A stretch of DNA of 60,994 bases from Thermoplasmata archaeon (GCA_033854115.1 JAWOKS010000020.1:1-60994), one strand, 5' to 3'. Positions 38,368 through 47,679 are shown, numbered from the stretch's first letter. Notes: a model not told the origin generated them from the letters alone. Numbers and translations: made by a program.

Positions 38368-39642
38368 GTGAGCCGACCGGGCTCCGGCCTTTTCGAGTTG
38401 CTCGGGGCCCACGGCGTCCCGGACAAGGCGGCCCGGCTCTACCTCGCGGCGTGCCGCGCCGGCCCGCAGACGGTGAGCGAGCTCGCGCGCCTGTCCGCCG
38501 TCAACCGCGTCGAGGCCTACCGCCTCATCCAGGGCCTCGCGGCGGACGGTCTCCTGAGCGCGACCGGCTCGCGCCCGCGCCGGTTCGCCGCGCTCCCACC
38601 CGACCGGCTCGTCGATCGGTGGATCGCGCGGGCGTCGGACCACCTGCGCCGCCTCGAGCACGACCGCGCGCGGATCCTGACCGACTGGGAGGAGGGCCTC
38701 GCCGAGCTGGACGAGGAGGACCCGCGCAAGTTCGCGGTCCTCGACGGGCGCGAGCAGATCCGTCGCTTCGTCCGCAAGCGGATCGGGAAGGCGGAGCGCC
38801 AGATCCTGGTCAGCGCGACCGCGCCGTGGCTCCCGCGGATGATCGACGCGGGGCTCGACCGCGCGCTCCGCGAGGCGCGCGATCGCGGCGTCGACGTCCA
38901 CCTCGTCACCGAGGTCCTGCCGACGAACCTCGCGGAGGCGAAGCATCTCGCGACCGCCGCGACCCTTAGGCACTCCCCGGTGCCGGTCTCGAACCGGACG
39001 ATCGTGGTCGACCGGGCCGGGGCCCTCGTCTACGTCTCGGGCGACGACGGGTTCGGTCGGGCTCCCGAGGAGCAGGTCGCGCTCTGGTCGTCGTCCGCGA
39101 CGTTCGTCGACCTCGCGCGCGACTACCACCGGCGCCTCTGGGCATCCGGTGAGAGGGCCGAGGAGCGGTTCGTCGCGCTCGACGACCCGTCGCCCGCGTT
39201 CCTGCCTGTCCTCACCGGGCGGGAGACCCAGCCGTTCCAGCGGCTCAAGGAGATCACGAAGCTCGGGATGCGCGCCTCGGGTGTCCGGGAGTTCCACCTC
39301 GACCTTCCCGAGCTGATCGGGACGATCGCCCGCCAGCTCGGCCGCACGATCGCGGACGGCCTCGAGGGCGAGAGCCCGGGGGAGGTCGCCCGATCGCTCG
39401 GTCAGTACTTCGCCCGTCACACGATGGGCCAGCTCGTGGTCGAGAAGGAGCGCCCCCTCACGGTCCGTCTCTCCCACTGCTTCGCCTGCCTTCCCGATTC
39501 CTCGGAGATCGGGCGCGAGCTCTGTCCCCAGCTCCTGCGGAGCGTTCTCGAGACCCGGCTCGGCTCCCGCTGGGTCGTGACGAAGCCGGACCCGACCAAG
39601 CACGCACGCTGCGGCTGCGTCTTCACGGCGATCCCGGCCTAG
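38368..39642 (+). CDS. TrmB-family regulator with Cys-rich V4R-like C-terminal domain
   Basis: N-terminal wHTH (LYLA..GPQTVSELA..VNR.EAY..L..GLL..RPRRF.A.PP), TrmB middle domain, C-terminal HCFAC...LC...CGC. Confidence 0.78.
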   Translation: MSRPGSGLFELLGAHGVPDKAARLYLAACRAGPQTVSELARLSAVNRVEAYRLIQGLAADGLLSATGSRPRRFAALPPDRLVDRWIARASDHLRRLEHDRARILTDWEEGLAELDEEDPRKFAVLDGREQIRRFVRKRIGKAERQILVSATAPWLPRMIDAGLDRALREARDRGVDVHLVTEVLPTNLAEAKHLATAATLRHSPVPVSNRTIVVDRAGALVYVSGDDGFGRAPEEQVALWSSSATFVDLARDYHRRLWASGERAEERFVALDDPSPAFLPVLTGRETQPFQRLKEITKLGMRASGVREFHLDLPELIGTIARQLGRTIADGLEGESPGEVARSLGQYFARHTMGQLVVEKERPLTVRLSHCFACLPDSSEIGRELCPQLLRSVLETRLGSRWVVTKPDPTKHARCGCVFTAIPA

Positions 39643-40415
39643 TCCGATCCTTGGGAGTTCTCGCGGACCCCTCGCTCCCGGCGCCCGGGAGCCTGAGGGG
39701 CGCCGGGCGGGGCCCCTCCGCGTTCCCCGACCACCAGGGCGAGGGTCATCCCGTCGTAGCCCTTCACCCCGACCGTCTGCACGACGGTCGCAGAGAGGCG
39801 CGGCTCCCGCGCGAGCCGTTCGTTCATCGTGCGCACGCCCTGGACGTTCGGGTCGGCGCTCGCCGGGTCCGCGACGTCGCCCCGGCGGACGACGTTGTCG
39901 AACACGAGCAGGCTCCCGGGCCGGCTCAGCCGGACCGCCCAGTCGAGGTACTCGGGGTATCCGGTCTTGTCCGCGTCGATGAAGACGAGGTCGAACGGTC
40001 CCGCGGCCTCCGCTTCCAGCCGCGGGAGCGTCTCCAGGGCCCGCCCGACGCGGACCTCGACGACCTTCCCGAGCCCGGCCCGGGCGACGTTCGCCCGTGC
40101 CACCTCCGCGTGCCGGGGGTCGACCTCGAGCGAGACGAGGCGGCCGTCCGAGGGAAGGGCACGGGCCAGCCAGATCGTGCTGTACCCACCGAGCGTTCCG
40201 ATCTCGAGGATGCGCCGGGCCCCAAGCAGGCGGGCGAGCAGATGGAGGAACCTCCCCTGGGCGGGAGAGACCTGGATGTCGGGGAGGCCGGCCGCTCGGC
40301 TCGAGGCGAGGGCGGCCTCGAGCCCGGGGTCGGTGAAGCGGAAGAGGTGGTCGTAATACTGCTCCACGGCCGACCAACGATCAAGATCCTCGGGGGGCGA
40401 CGGTCGCTGGGTCAT
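39639..40415 (-). CDS. Class I O-methyltransferase (caffeoyl-CoA OMT-like)
   Basis: VSPAQGRFL, LEIGTLGGYS, FDLVFIDADK, DNVV, KGYDG. Confidence 0.92.
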   Translation of the reverse strand: MTQRPSPPEDLDRWSAVEQYYDHLFRFTDPGLEAALASSRAAGLPDIQVSPAQGRFLHLLARLLGARRILEIGTLGGYSTIWLARALPSDGRLVSLEVDPRHAEVARANVARAGLGKVVEVRVGRALETLPRLEAEAAGPFDLVFIDADKTGYPEYLDWAVRLSRPGSLLVFDNVVRRGDVADPASADPNVQGVRTMNERLAREPRLSATVVQTVGVKGYDGMTLALVVGERGGAPPGAPQAPGRRERGVRENSQGSD

Positions 40416-40569
40416 GGGCCGGCGAAACCCGCGGGCGCTCAACCCGTTGTCGCTCGACCCCCGCCGCCGAGGACGGGTGAGGGGCGACGGGCGCGGGGCC
40501 GCGCCCGTCTCCGTGACGCCCCACGAACGGGGTGGAACGCTCCCCGGGGCACCTCGAAGGGCGAACCTT

Positions 40570-40622
40570 GGTGTCGCACCTGTAGTAACAAACGTGACAC
40601 CGGCCGGCCGAAGTTATAAATA
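40570..40622 (+). promoter_or_regulatory. tfb promoter: inverted repeat plus BRE/TATA
   Basis: GGTGTCGC-N16-GTGACACC, then CCGAAG-TTATAAATA ending 28 nt before ATG 40651. Confidence 0.65.
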
Positions 40623-40650
40623 GAGGCCCCCGGTTGGGCTCCTTACTACC

Positions 40651-41754
40651 ATGACGCCTTCCACCCGCTCTTCGGCAGCCGCACGGCCTCGGTCCAGCGC
40701 CCGGTCCCCCTCCGCTAGGCCCGGTCCTCTCCTGGAGGAGAACGTTACCGCCCCGGCGTCGCCGCCCGCCTCCGACGCGTGCCCGAACTGCGGATCGAGC
40801 CACCTCATCCGGGACGAGATCCGCGGGGAGATCGTCTGCGCGGACTGCGGTCTCGTGGTCGACCAGAGCGCCCTCGTGAGCGACCGCGGCCAGCGCGGCT
40901 CGAAGGAGGATACCGGCCGCGAGGCCCGTGGTTGGGGCCCGGTGATCTCTCCCCTCATGCCGGACAAGGGACTGTTCAGCGAGATCGGGGTCCCGACGCG
41001 CGACTTCCAGGGGAACTCCCTCTCGCGCAACACCTCGCTCAAGTTCTACCACTTGCGCAAGCTCAACCATCGTCTCCGAGCGGCCCGCACGCATCAGCGG
41101 AACCTCGTGGTGGCCCTCGGGGAGCTGAACCGTCTCGCCGGCGTCCTCGGCCTCTCGCGGGAGGTCAAGGAGTCGGCGACGTACATCTACCGCCGCGCGC
41201 TCGAGCACAAGGCGACGCGCGGGAAGAAGATCGTCGCGCTCGTCGCCGCGAGCGTCTACGCGGCCTGCCGCCAGTGCCACGTCCCGAGGACGATGAAGGA
41301 GATCATCGCCCACTCGAAGGCCACGAAGATCGAGGTCGGACGGGCCTACACGCTCCTCGCCCGGGAGCTCAAGCTCGGCCTGAAGCCGGTCGAGCCGCGC
41401 GACTACCTCGTCCGGTTCACCCAGGACCTCAACCTCTCGAAGGAGGTCCGTCAGAAGGTCCTCCAGCTCCTCGAGCAGGTCGAGCAGGTCTACTCGACGA
41501 GCGGGGTGCTGCCGAACGGGATCCTCGCGACGATCATCTACATCGCCTCGAACCTGATGGGCGAGCCGCGCAGCCAGGACCGCATCGCGGCGGTCGCGAA
41601 CGTCACGCCGGTGACGATCCGCAACCACTACAAGGAGCTCCTCGAGCTCCTCGGCCTGCCGAAGAACCTCGCGAACCCCCAGGCCCGGGGCCTCACGACG
41701 CTCCCGGAAGGCTCCGAGGAGAAGGTCGCGGCACCGTCCGCGGCCGGCCACTAA
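40651..41754 (+). CDS. tfb: Transcription initiation factor IIB paralogue
   Basis: Zn ribbon CPNCGS..GEIVCADCGLV, DKGL, two cyclin folds (AASVYAACR...PRTMKEI; IYIA...RSQ..IA.VANVTPVTIRN.YKEL). Confidence 0.9.
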   Translation: MTPSTRSSAAARPRSSARSPSARPGPLLEENVTAPASPPASDACPNCGSSHLIRDEIRGEIVCADCGLVVDQSALVSDRGQRGSKEDTGREARGWGPVISPLMPDKGLFSEIGVPTRDFQGNSLSRNTSLKFYHLRKLNHRLRAARTHQRNLVVALGELNRLAGVLGLSREVKESATYIYRRALEHKATRGKKIVALVAASVYAACRQCHVPRTMKEIIAHSKATKIEVGRAYTLLARELKLGLKPVEPRDYLVRFTQDLNLSKEVRQKVLQLLEQVEQVYSTSGVLPNGILATIIYIASNLMGEPRSQDRIAAVANVTPVTIRNHYKELLELLGLPKNLANPQARGLTTLPEGSEEKVAAPSAAGH

Positions 41755-41859
41755 GGCCGCTCGGGCGGCCCAGCAGGGCGCGCGCGCCCCTGCCGCCCCC
41801 TCTGGGGCCCGGTGCCCCGGGTCCGGAAGGGAGATGAACCGGCGGTGTGCTCGTCCGCC

Positions 41860-43074
41860 GTGGCCGAGCCGGCGGCCCTGAGCTACTCGTCCTACCGCAC
41901 GTACCTCGAGTGCCCGCTCCGCTGGAGGTACCTCTACGTCGAGCGCCGCCCCGAGACGCCCCGCGGCTACTTCACGTTCGGTCGCGTCGTTCACTCGGTC
42001 CTCGAGGAGCTCGTCCGTCCGCTCGTGACCCCGGCCGGCTCCCGCCGGGGGGCCCTCGACGGCCAGACGACGCTCCAGCGATGGGCGGACGACCGCGACG
42101 GGGGTTCGAGCCCGCCCGCCGGGCGCTGGCGGAGCGCCGAGGAGATGCTCGCGCTCTACGATCGGCTCTGGTCCGGGGAGGGGTACACCTCGCCCGACGA
42201 GGAGGCCCGCTACCGGGCCCTCGGCCGGGACCTCCTCGCCCGCTACCACGCGCGGCTCTCGCGCGAGCTCCCCCGTCCCGTCTCGGTCGAGGAGCACCTC
42301 GAGGCCCGATGGGACGGCCTCCCGGTCCACGGCTACGTCGACCGGATCGACCGCACGCCGGCGGGCGGCCTCGAGATCCTGGACTACAAGACGTCACGCG
42401 AGCTCTCGGTCGAGGACGTCGCGGGCTCGGACCAGCTCAGCCTCTACCAGGTCCTGGTCGAGAGCAACTACCGCGAGCCGGTCGAGCGGCTCACGCTGTT
42501 CCACCTGAGGTCGCTCACGCCGCTCCACGCGCGGCCGCGCGCCCGCCGGGCGCTCGAGCCGCTCCACCAGAGGATGGGGGAGGTCGCCGACGGGATCCGG
42601 GAGGAGGCGTTCGAGCCGACCCCCGGGCGGCACTGCACGCGCTGCGACTTCCAGAGCATCTGCCCGGAGTTCCGTCCGATCCCCTCCGCCGAGGGCCCGC
42701 GTCTCGCCGCGCTCGTCGACCGGTTCGACGCGCTGCGGGAGGAGGAGCGTCGGCTCAACGATGAGCTCGCGGCGACGGCCGCCGAGCTCCACCGCGCGGC
42801 CGAGCAGCTCGGCCTCCACCGGGTCCCGGGATCGCGCGCGGTTGCCGTACGCCGGCGCGAGGTCTCCTGGCAGTATCCGCTCGACGCGGTCCGGCCCCTG
42901 CTCGAGGGGTCCGGCTCGTCGGGTCGGCTCGCCGGCGAATCGTCGGAGGAGGTGCGTCGGCTCCTTCGGGACCCGACGATCCCACCCGAGGTCCGCCGGA
43001 AGGTCGCGGAGAGCGGCTCGCGCCAAGTGCGCTGGTTCTGGGAGCTCCAGGACGAGAACGGCGACGACCGCTGA
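41860..43074 (+). CDS. RecB/Cas4-like PD-(D/E)XK nuclease with Fe-S cysteines and C-terminal coiled extension
   Basis: LSYSS..TYLECP, FG..VH..LE, GYVDRID, ILDYKT, QLSLY, C.RCDFQSICP; start could be 41812. Confidence 0.85.
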   Translation: MAEPAALSYSSYRTYLECPLRWRYLYVERRPETPRGYFTFGRVVHSVLEELVRPLVTPAGSRRGALDGQTTLQRWADDRDGGSSPPAGRWRSAEEMLALYDRLWSGEGYTSPDEEARYRALGRDLLARYHARLSRELPRPVSVEEHLEARWDGLPVHGYVDRIDRTPAGGLEILDYKTSRELSVEDVAGSDQLSLYQVLVESNYREPVERLTLFHLRSLTPLHARPRARRALEPLHQRMGEVADGIREEAFEPTPGRHCTRCDFQSICPEFRPIPSAEGPRLAALVDRFDALREEERRLNDELAATAAELHRAAEQLGLHRVPGSRAVAVRRREVSWQYPLDAVRPLLEGSGSSGRLAGESSEEVRRLLRDPTIPPEVRRKVAESGSRQVRWFWELQDENGDDR

Positions 43075-43124
43075 CCGCCCGGGGCGCGGGCAAACGCTTT
43101 GACGGTCACTTGGTACTCGCCCCC

Positions 43125-44192
43125 ATGGGGATTCGCCTCGCCTCCGAGGACCGGCTCGCCCCGCTCGAGGGGCGGGTCCCGGCCGTGGCGACCCTCTGCT
43201 CGCATTCGTCGCTCCAGATCTTCCACGGCGCCCGCGCGGAGGGGCTCTCCACGATCGGCCTGTGCGTCGGACGACCCCCGCGGTTCTACGAGGCGTTCCC
43301 GAAAGCGCGGCCGGACCGCTTCCTGTGCGTACCGACCGTGAAGGACCTGCCGTCGGTCGCCGCCGAGCTGAGGGAGGCGGGGGCGGTCATCGTCCCCCAC
43401 GGCTCGTTCGTCGAGTACCTCGGGGCGGAGGAGTTCCTCCAGCTCGACGTGCCGGTCTTCGGCAACCGCGCGGTCCTCGGCTGGGAGTCGGACCGCGAGA
43501 AGGAGCGCGAGTGGCTCGAGAGCGCGGGGGTCGAGATGCCGAAGCGGTACGACGACCCGAGCGAGGTCGACGGGCCGGTGATCGTGAAGTACCATGGCGC
43601 GAAGGGCGGCAAGGGGTTCTACCTCGCGAAGAACCGCGAGGCGCTCGACGACTTCCGCCCGACCGGCCCCTACGTGATCCAGGAGTACATCCTCGGGACG
43701 CGGTACTACGTCCACTTCTTCTACTCGCCGCTCTCGGACCGCGGCTACCGCGTCGGCCACGGCTCGGTCGAGCTCCTCGGGATGGACCGGCGCGACGAGG
43801 CGAACATCGACGAGCTCTACAAGCTCGGGGCGCAGGAGGAGCTCCTCAAGGCCGGGATCCGGCCGACGTTCGTGGTCACGGGCAACGTGCCGGTCGTCCT
43901 GCGGGAGTCGCTCCTCGACAAGGTCTTCGACGTCGCGGCGAGGACCGTCGAGCGGTCGATCGAGCTCTTCGGTGGGATGGTCGGGCCGTTCTGCGTCGAG
44001 GGGATCATGACCGAGCAGCTCTCGTTCAAGGTCTTCGAGATCTCGACCCGCATCGTCGCGGGCACGAACCTCTTCGTCTCGGGAAGCCCCTACTCCGACC
44101 TCGTCGCGCCCGGGCTCTCGACGGGCCGTCGGATCGCCCAAGAGCTCCTCCGGGCCCGGGCCGAGGATCGCCTCGCCGAGGTCCTGAGCTAG
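43125..44192 (+). CDS. purP: PurP-family formate--AICAR ligase (ATP-grasp)
   Basis: ATLCSHSSLQI, PHGSFVEY, GAKGGKG, FFYSPL, GN.PVVLRESLL, GPFC.E, FEISTRIVAGTN. Confidence 0.92.
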   Translation: MGIRLASEDRLAPLEGRVPAVATLCSHSSLQIFHGARAEGLSTIGLCVGRPPRFYEAFPKARPDRFLCVPTVKDLPSVAAELREAGAVIVPHGSFVEYLGAEEFLQLDVPVFGNRAVLGWESDREKEREWLESAGVEMPKRYDDPSEVDGPVIVKYHGAKGGKGFYLAKNREALDDFRPTGPYVIQEYILGTRYYVHFFYSPLSDRGYRVGHGSVELLGMDRRDEANIDELYKLGAQEELLKAGIRPTFVVTGNVPVVLRESLLDKVFDVAARTVERSIELFGGMVGPFCVEGIMTEQLSFKVFEISTRIVAGTNLFVSGSPYSDLVAPGLSTGRRIAQELLRARAEDRLAEVLS

Positions 44193-44243
44193 CGGGGGCC
44201 GTCGCGCCTTAAGAGCGGGAGCCGGGTCGCTCGCGACCGGTCG

Positions 44244-45194
44244 ATGGCGTCGGCGATCGTCGCGGAACAGGTCACGAAGGTCTACCCGACCTCGCGGTCG
44301 GGGGCCCCCGCGCTCGCGGAGCTCTCCATGGAGATCCCCGTCGGCGGGGTCTACGGCCTCATCGGACGCAACGGGGCCGGGAAGACGACGTTCGTCCGCA
44401 TCGCGGCGACGCAGCTCGAGCCGACCTCGGGTCGCGTCACCGTCCTCGGCCACGACGTCCAGAAGGAGGAGCGGGCGATCCGCTCGCGCATCGCCTGCGT
44501 GCCGCAGGAGTCGCGCCCGCTCTACTTCCTCACGGTCGAGGAGGTCGTCTACCTCTACCTCAAGATGCGTGGGCTCGCGACGGTCGAGGCCCGGGCGCGG
44601 ACCCGCGACGCGCTCGAGGAGCTCTCGCTCGAGGAGTACCGCACGCGCCTCGTGAGCCGCCTCTCGGGCGGCCTCCGACGACGGACCCTCTGCGCGATGG
44701 TCCTCGCCTCCGACGCGGAGGTCCTGTTCCTGGACGAGCCGACGACCGGCCTCGACCCGATCGCCCGTCGGGAGGTCTGGCAGGCGATCCGACGGGCGAG
44801 CCGCGAGCACCGGACGATCCTGCTCACGACCCACTACCTCGACGAGGCCGAGGCGCTCTCGAGCCGCCTCGCGCTCATCGAGCGCGGCCGCCGCATGCTC
44901 GAGGGGGACCCGGCCGAGCTGCGCTCGCGGGTCCGCTACCCCTACCGGGTCACGATCCGCGGACCCGTGGCGCAGGAGGAGCTCGACCCGTACGGCCGGG
45001 TCTCAGAGATCGAGGGCGGCTTCCTCGTCTTCGCGCGCGAGCCCGAGGCGCGCGAGCTCGCCCGCTGGGCGCTCGAGCGCAACGTCCCGCTCTCGATGGG
45101 TCCGGTGAGCCTCGAGGACATCTTCCTCGATGTCGTCGGGCGGGCGATCGACGAGGATACCCCGCTCGCCGACGAGGAGGAGGAAGGCCCGTGA
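44244..45194 (+). CDS. ABC-2 type exporter ATP-binding protein
   Basis: GRNGAGKTT, LSGG, FLDEPTTGLD, LTTHY. Confidence 0.92.
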   Translation: MASAIVAEQVTKVYPTSRSGAPALAELSMEIPVGGVYGLIGRNGAGKTTFVRIAATQLEPTSGRVTVLGHDVQKEERAIRSRIACVPQESRPLYFLTVEEVVYLYLKMRGLATVEARARTRDALEELSLEEYRTRLVSRLSGGLRRRTLCAMVLASDAEVLFLDEPTTGLDPIARREVWQAIRRASREHRTILLTTHYLDEAEALSSRLALIERGRRMLEGDPAELRSRVRYPYRVTIRGPVAQEELDPYGRVSEIEGGFLVFAREPEARELARWALERNVPLSMGPVSLEDIFLDVVGRAIDEDTPLADEEEEGP

Positions 45195-45937
45195 GCGGTC
45201 GCAACCGGCTCCGCTCGCTCGGGGCCCTCGTGCTCCTGAACGGGCTGATCCCGATCCGGACCCAGCCGCTCTACCTGGTCAACCTGCTCGCGTCGCCGCT
45301 CTCGTTCCTCTTCTTCATCACGATCGCCTCGCGCGGCGAGCTCCTCCCGTTCGGCGTGACGGGGGGGCTCATCCTCACGATGCTCTCCGCGTCGACCGGC
45401 CTCCAGTCGGACCTCACCCACTACCGGCACGACCTCAAGTTCCAGGACATCGTCGTCGCCTCGCCGGTCGAGGCGCCCGTCTACGTGGCCGGGATGGCGC
45501 TCAGCGAGCTCGTCTACTCGGTCCCGGCCCTCGCCGTCTTCGTCGTGATCTTCGTGATCGAGGGGTTCGCGACGTTCGCGAGCGTCGCGGTCCTCTTCGG
45601 GGTCCTCCTCCTCGTCTGGGCGTTCGCGACGGCGCTCGCCTTCACCCTCGCGACCTACTTCCAGGACGTCCGGGAGACGTTCATGTTCAGCCCGCTGATC
45701 TCCCTCATCCTCTCGGTGCTCCCGCCCGTCTACTATCCGCTCTCCGCGCTGCCCGCCTGGGCGCAGGTCGCCGCACGGTTCTCCCCGACGACCTACGCCG
45801 CGTCCCTCGTCCAGGGCGCCGTGGGGATCGCCCCGACCTCCCTCGGGACCGCCGTCGTCGACTGGCTGGTCCTCGGGGCCGTGACGGTGGGGCTCTTCGG
45901 GCTCGCGGCGTGGAAGGCCCGCTGGAAGGAGCCTTAG
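45191..45937 (+). CDS. ABC-2 type exporter permease
   Basis: About six TMs, PVYYPL..LP.WAQ...P.TYA; GTGA overlap with the ATPase. Confidence 0.88.
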   Translation: MSGRNRLRSLGALVLLNGLIPIRTQPLYLVNLLASPLSFLFFITIASRGELLPFGVTGGLILTMLSASTGLQSDLTHYRHDLKFQDIVVASPVEAPVYVAGMALSELVYSVPALAVFVVIFVIEGFATFASVAVLFGVLLLVWAFATALAFTLATYFQDVRETFMFSPLISLILSVLPPVYYPLSALPAWAQVAARFSPTTYAASLVQGAVGIAPTSLGTAVVDWLVLGAVTVGLFGLAAWKARWKEP

Positions 45938-45992
45938 CGCGTCGGGCGTCGCGCGAGGTGTTATGTACCGGGCTCCTCGTCGGCTCGGTTCG

Positions 45993-46232
45993 ATGCTTCT
46001 GTTCGCGGACCAACGGCGCTTCACGTCCTCGGACGAACGGTTCGGGCGCTGCTTGTTCTGCGGCAAGGAGATCGTGGTCCTCCCCGACGACCGGCGACGC
46101 GGATCGTGCTTCGACTGCCTCGCGCTCGCGGTGCCGGGCCCCTCGCCGTGCCCGAGCTGCGGAGCGACGATCTCCGGCGAGGAACGGGGCCTCGGCTGCC
46201 CCGAATGTCGCTGGTACCCGGGGCGCGAGTAG
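45993..46232 (+). CDS. Small protein with four CxxC motifs (double zinc finger)
   Basis: CLFC, CFDC, CPSC, CPEC in 79 aa; TTATGTA box about 26-32 nt upstream. Confidence 0.65.
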   Translation: MLLFADQRRFTSSDERFGRCLFCGKEIVVLPDDRRRGSCFDCLALAVPGPSPCPSCGATISGEERGLGCPECRWYPGRE

Positions 46233-46282
46233 TCTCGGCCGCCAACGTTATCGACCTGCTCCGGTCCGGCACGGCCGGGCGT

Positions 46283-46400
46283 GCCGAGGTGGCTCAGTCC
46301 GGTACGGCGCGAGTCTGGAAAGCTCGTGGCGAATTTCGCCTCGGGAGTTCAAACGCCGGGGCCGGTCCACCCGGCCCGGCGGAGATTCTCCCCCTCGGCG
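46283..46400 (+). tRNA. tRNA-Ser(GGA) with 33-nt intron in the T-loop (46354-46386)
   Basis: Acceptor GCCGAGG/CCTCGGC+G; anticodon arm CGAGT-CTGGAAA-GCTCG; long variable arm GGCGAA-T-TTCGCC; T arm GGGAG-TTCAAA[intron]T-CTCCC. Confidence 0.9.
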
Positions 46401-46446
46401 CTGCCCCTCGCGTCCGCGGCGCCGCGTCGGGCGCCGGGGGCCCTGC

Positions 46447-46938
46447 GTGACCGTCCGTCCGCCCGAGCGCACGCCCGCGCTCCTCCAGGTCGACGCGATC
46501 CGCACCCGGCTCGTCGGGCGCGACGCCCTCCAGGAGGTCGTGCGGTTCCTCCGCGCGACGTTCCCGCACTACGGCTGGGTCGGCGTCTACCGCCTGGAGG
46601 GCCGCGAGCTTCTCCTCGAGGCCTGGGACGGCGCGCAGGCCACGGAGCACACCCGGATCCCGATCGAGAGGGGGCTCTGCGGGCGGGCGGCGCGCGAGGG
46701 CCGCACCGTGATCGTCGACGACGTCCGGGCATCGAGCGAGTACCTCGCCTGCTTCCTCTCCACGCGCTCCGAGATCGTCGTGCCGATCGCCGCCGATGGC
46801 CGGGTCCTCGGGGAGATCGACATCGACAGCGACCGCCCCGCCGCGTTCGACGCGAGCGACCGGAGCTTCCTCGAGGAGGTCGCGGCGCGGCTCACCGAGG
46901 CCGTCGAGCGCGCGGCGCATGGGCCGCCGCCCGCGTGA
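46447..46938 (+). CDS. GAF-domain protein, free methionine-R-sulfoxide reductase-like
   Basis: WVGVY, RIPIERGLCGRAA, VDDV...YLAC...RSEIVVP, GEIDIDS...FD..D. Confidence 0.82.
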   Translation: MTVRPPERTPALLQVDAIRTRLVGRDALQEVVRFLRATFPHYGWVGVYRLEGRELLLEAWDGAQATEHTRIPIERGLCGRAAREGRTVIVDDVRASSEYLACFLSTRSEIVVPIAADGRVLGEIDIDSDRPAAFDASDRSFLEEVAARLTEAVERAAHGPPPA

Positions 46939-47662
46939 GCGTCCGGTCGATCGTACGGAGCGCGTCCGCGAGCGCGCGTCGGGCATCGAACGGGGCGAAC
47001 CGGCGCGGCCGCGCGGTCCCGCGGAGGGCCCGCGCTTCGCGGGCGATCGCCTCCAGGGCCCGCGTGAGCTCGTCGACGATCGGAAGGTCCGCCTCCCGGC
47101 TCGTTCGGGAGAGCGGGTTGAGGTCGATCGAGATGACCCGCTTGCCCGCCCGCCGAAGGGCCCCGGTCCGGTCACCGTCCTCGAGCGGGACGAGGCAGAC
47201 GTCGGCGAGGAGGATCCCCCGGGCGTCGACCGCGGCCCGGTCGCTCGGGAGGCCCGCGAGACGTGCCGTCGGCACGACCCCGAGCGGGTGGCGGACCCCG
47301 GCGCGGCGGAGGACGCGCGCGATCGCGCGGGCCCGGGCGGGCGTGCGGTGGAAGAGGTTCACCTCGACGCCGAGTCCCGGGACCGCGCGCTGGAGCCGCG
47401 CCACCCGGTCCGCGGCAAGCGCCGCCACGTTCCCGTTGACGCTCAGTACGGGATGGCGCGCGGCGAGGAGCCAGCCCGCGGCGGCCCGTTCGGCGCGCGA
47501 GGCGCTCGGGCTGGTCGCCTCGCCGAGCAGATAGTCGAACGCCTCCCCCCGGCCGTGCGCGACGAGGCCCTCCGGCACCACGACCCCGGTTCGGGCGGCG
47601 TCCGCGAGGCGCGCGCGCACGCGAAGGCTCCCGTACCGGGGGTGACGGGGGGACAGACGCAT
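46892..47662 (-). CDS. pps: Phosphopantothenate synthetase (4-phosphopantoate--beta-alanine ligase)
   Basis: HPRYGSL..R, GLVAHGRGEAFDYLLGE, SVNGN, EVNLF, VPLEDGDR, IDLNPLSRT. Confidence 0.92.
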   Translation of the reverse strand: MRLSPRHPRYGSLRVRARLADAARTGVVVPEGLVAHGRGEAFDYLLGEATSPSASRAERAAAGWLLAARHPVLSVNGNVAALAADRVARLQRAVPGLGVEVNLFHRTPARARAIARVLRRAGVRHPLGVVPTARLAGLPSDRAAVDARGILLADVCLVPLEDGDRTGALRRAGKRVISIDLNPLSRTSREADLPIVDELTRALEAIAREARALRGTARPRRFAPFDARRALADALRTIDRTLTRAAAHAPRARRPR

Positions 47663-47679
47663 CGAGGTCCCGACCCGGG

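Noticed and set aside
46283-46446. Integrated element at either tRNA
   Set aside because: No integrase, no duplicated tRNA 3' end and no compositional shift seen.
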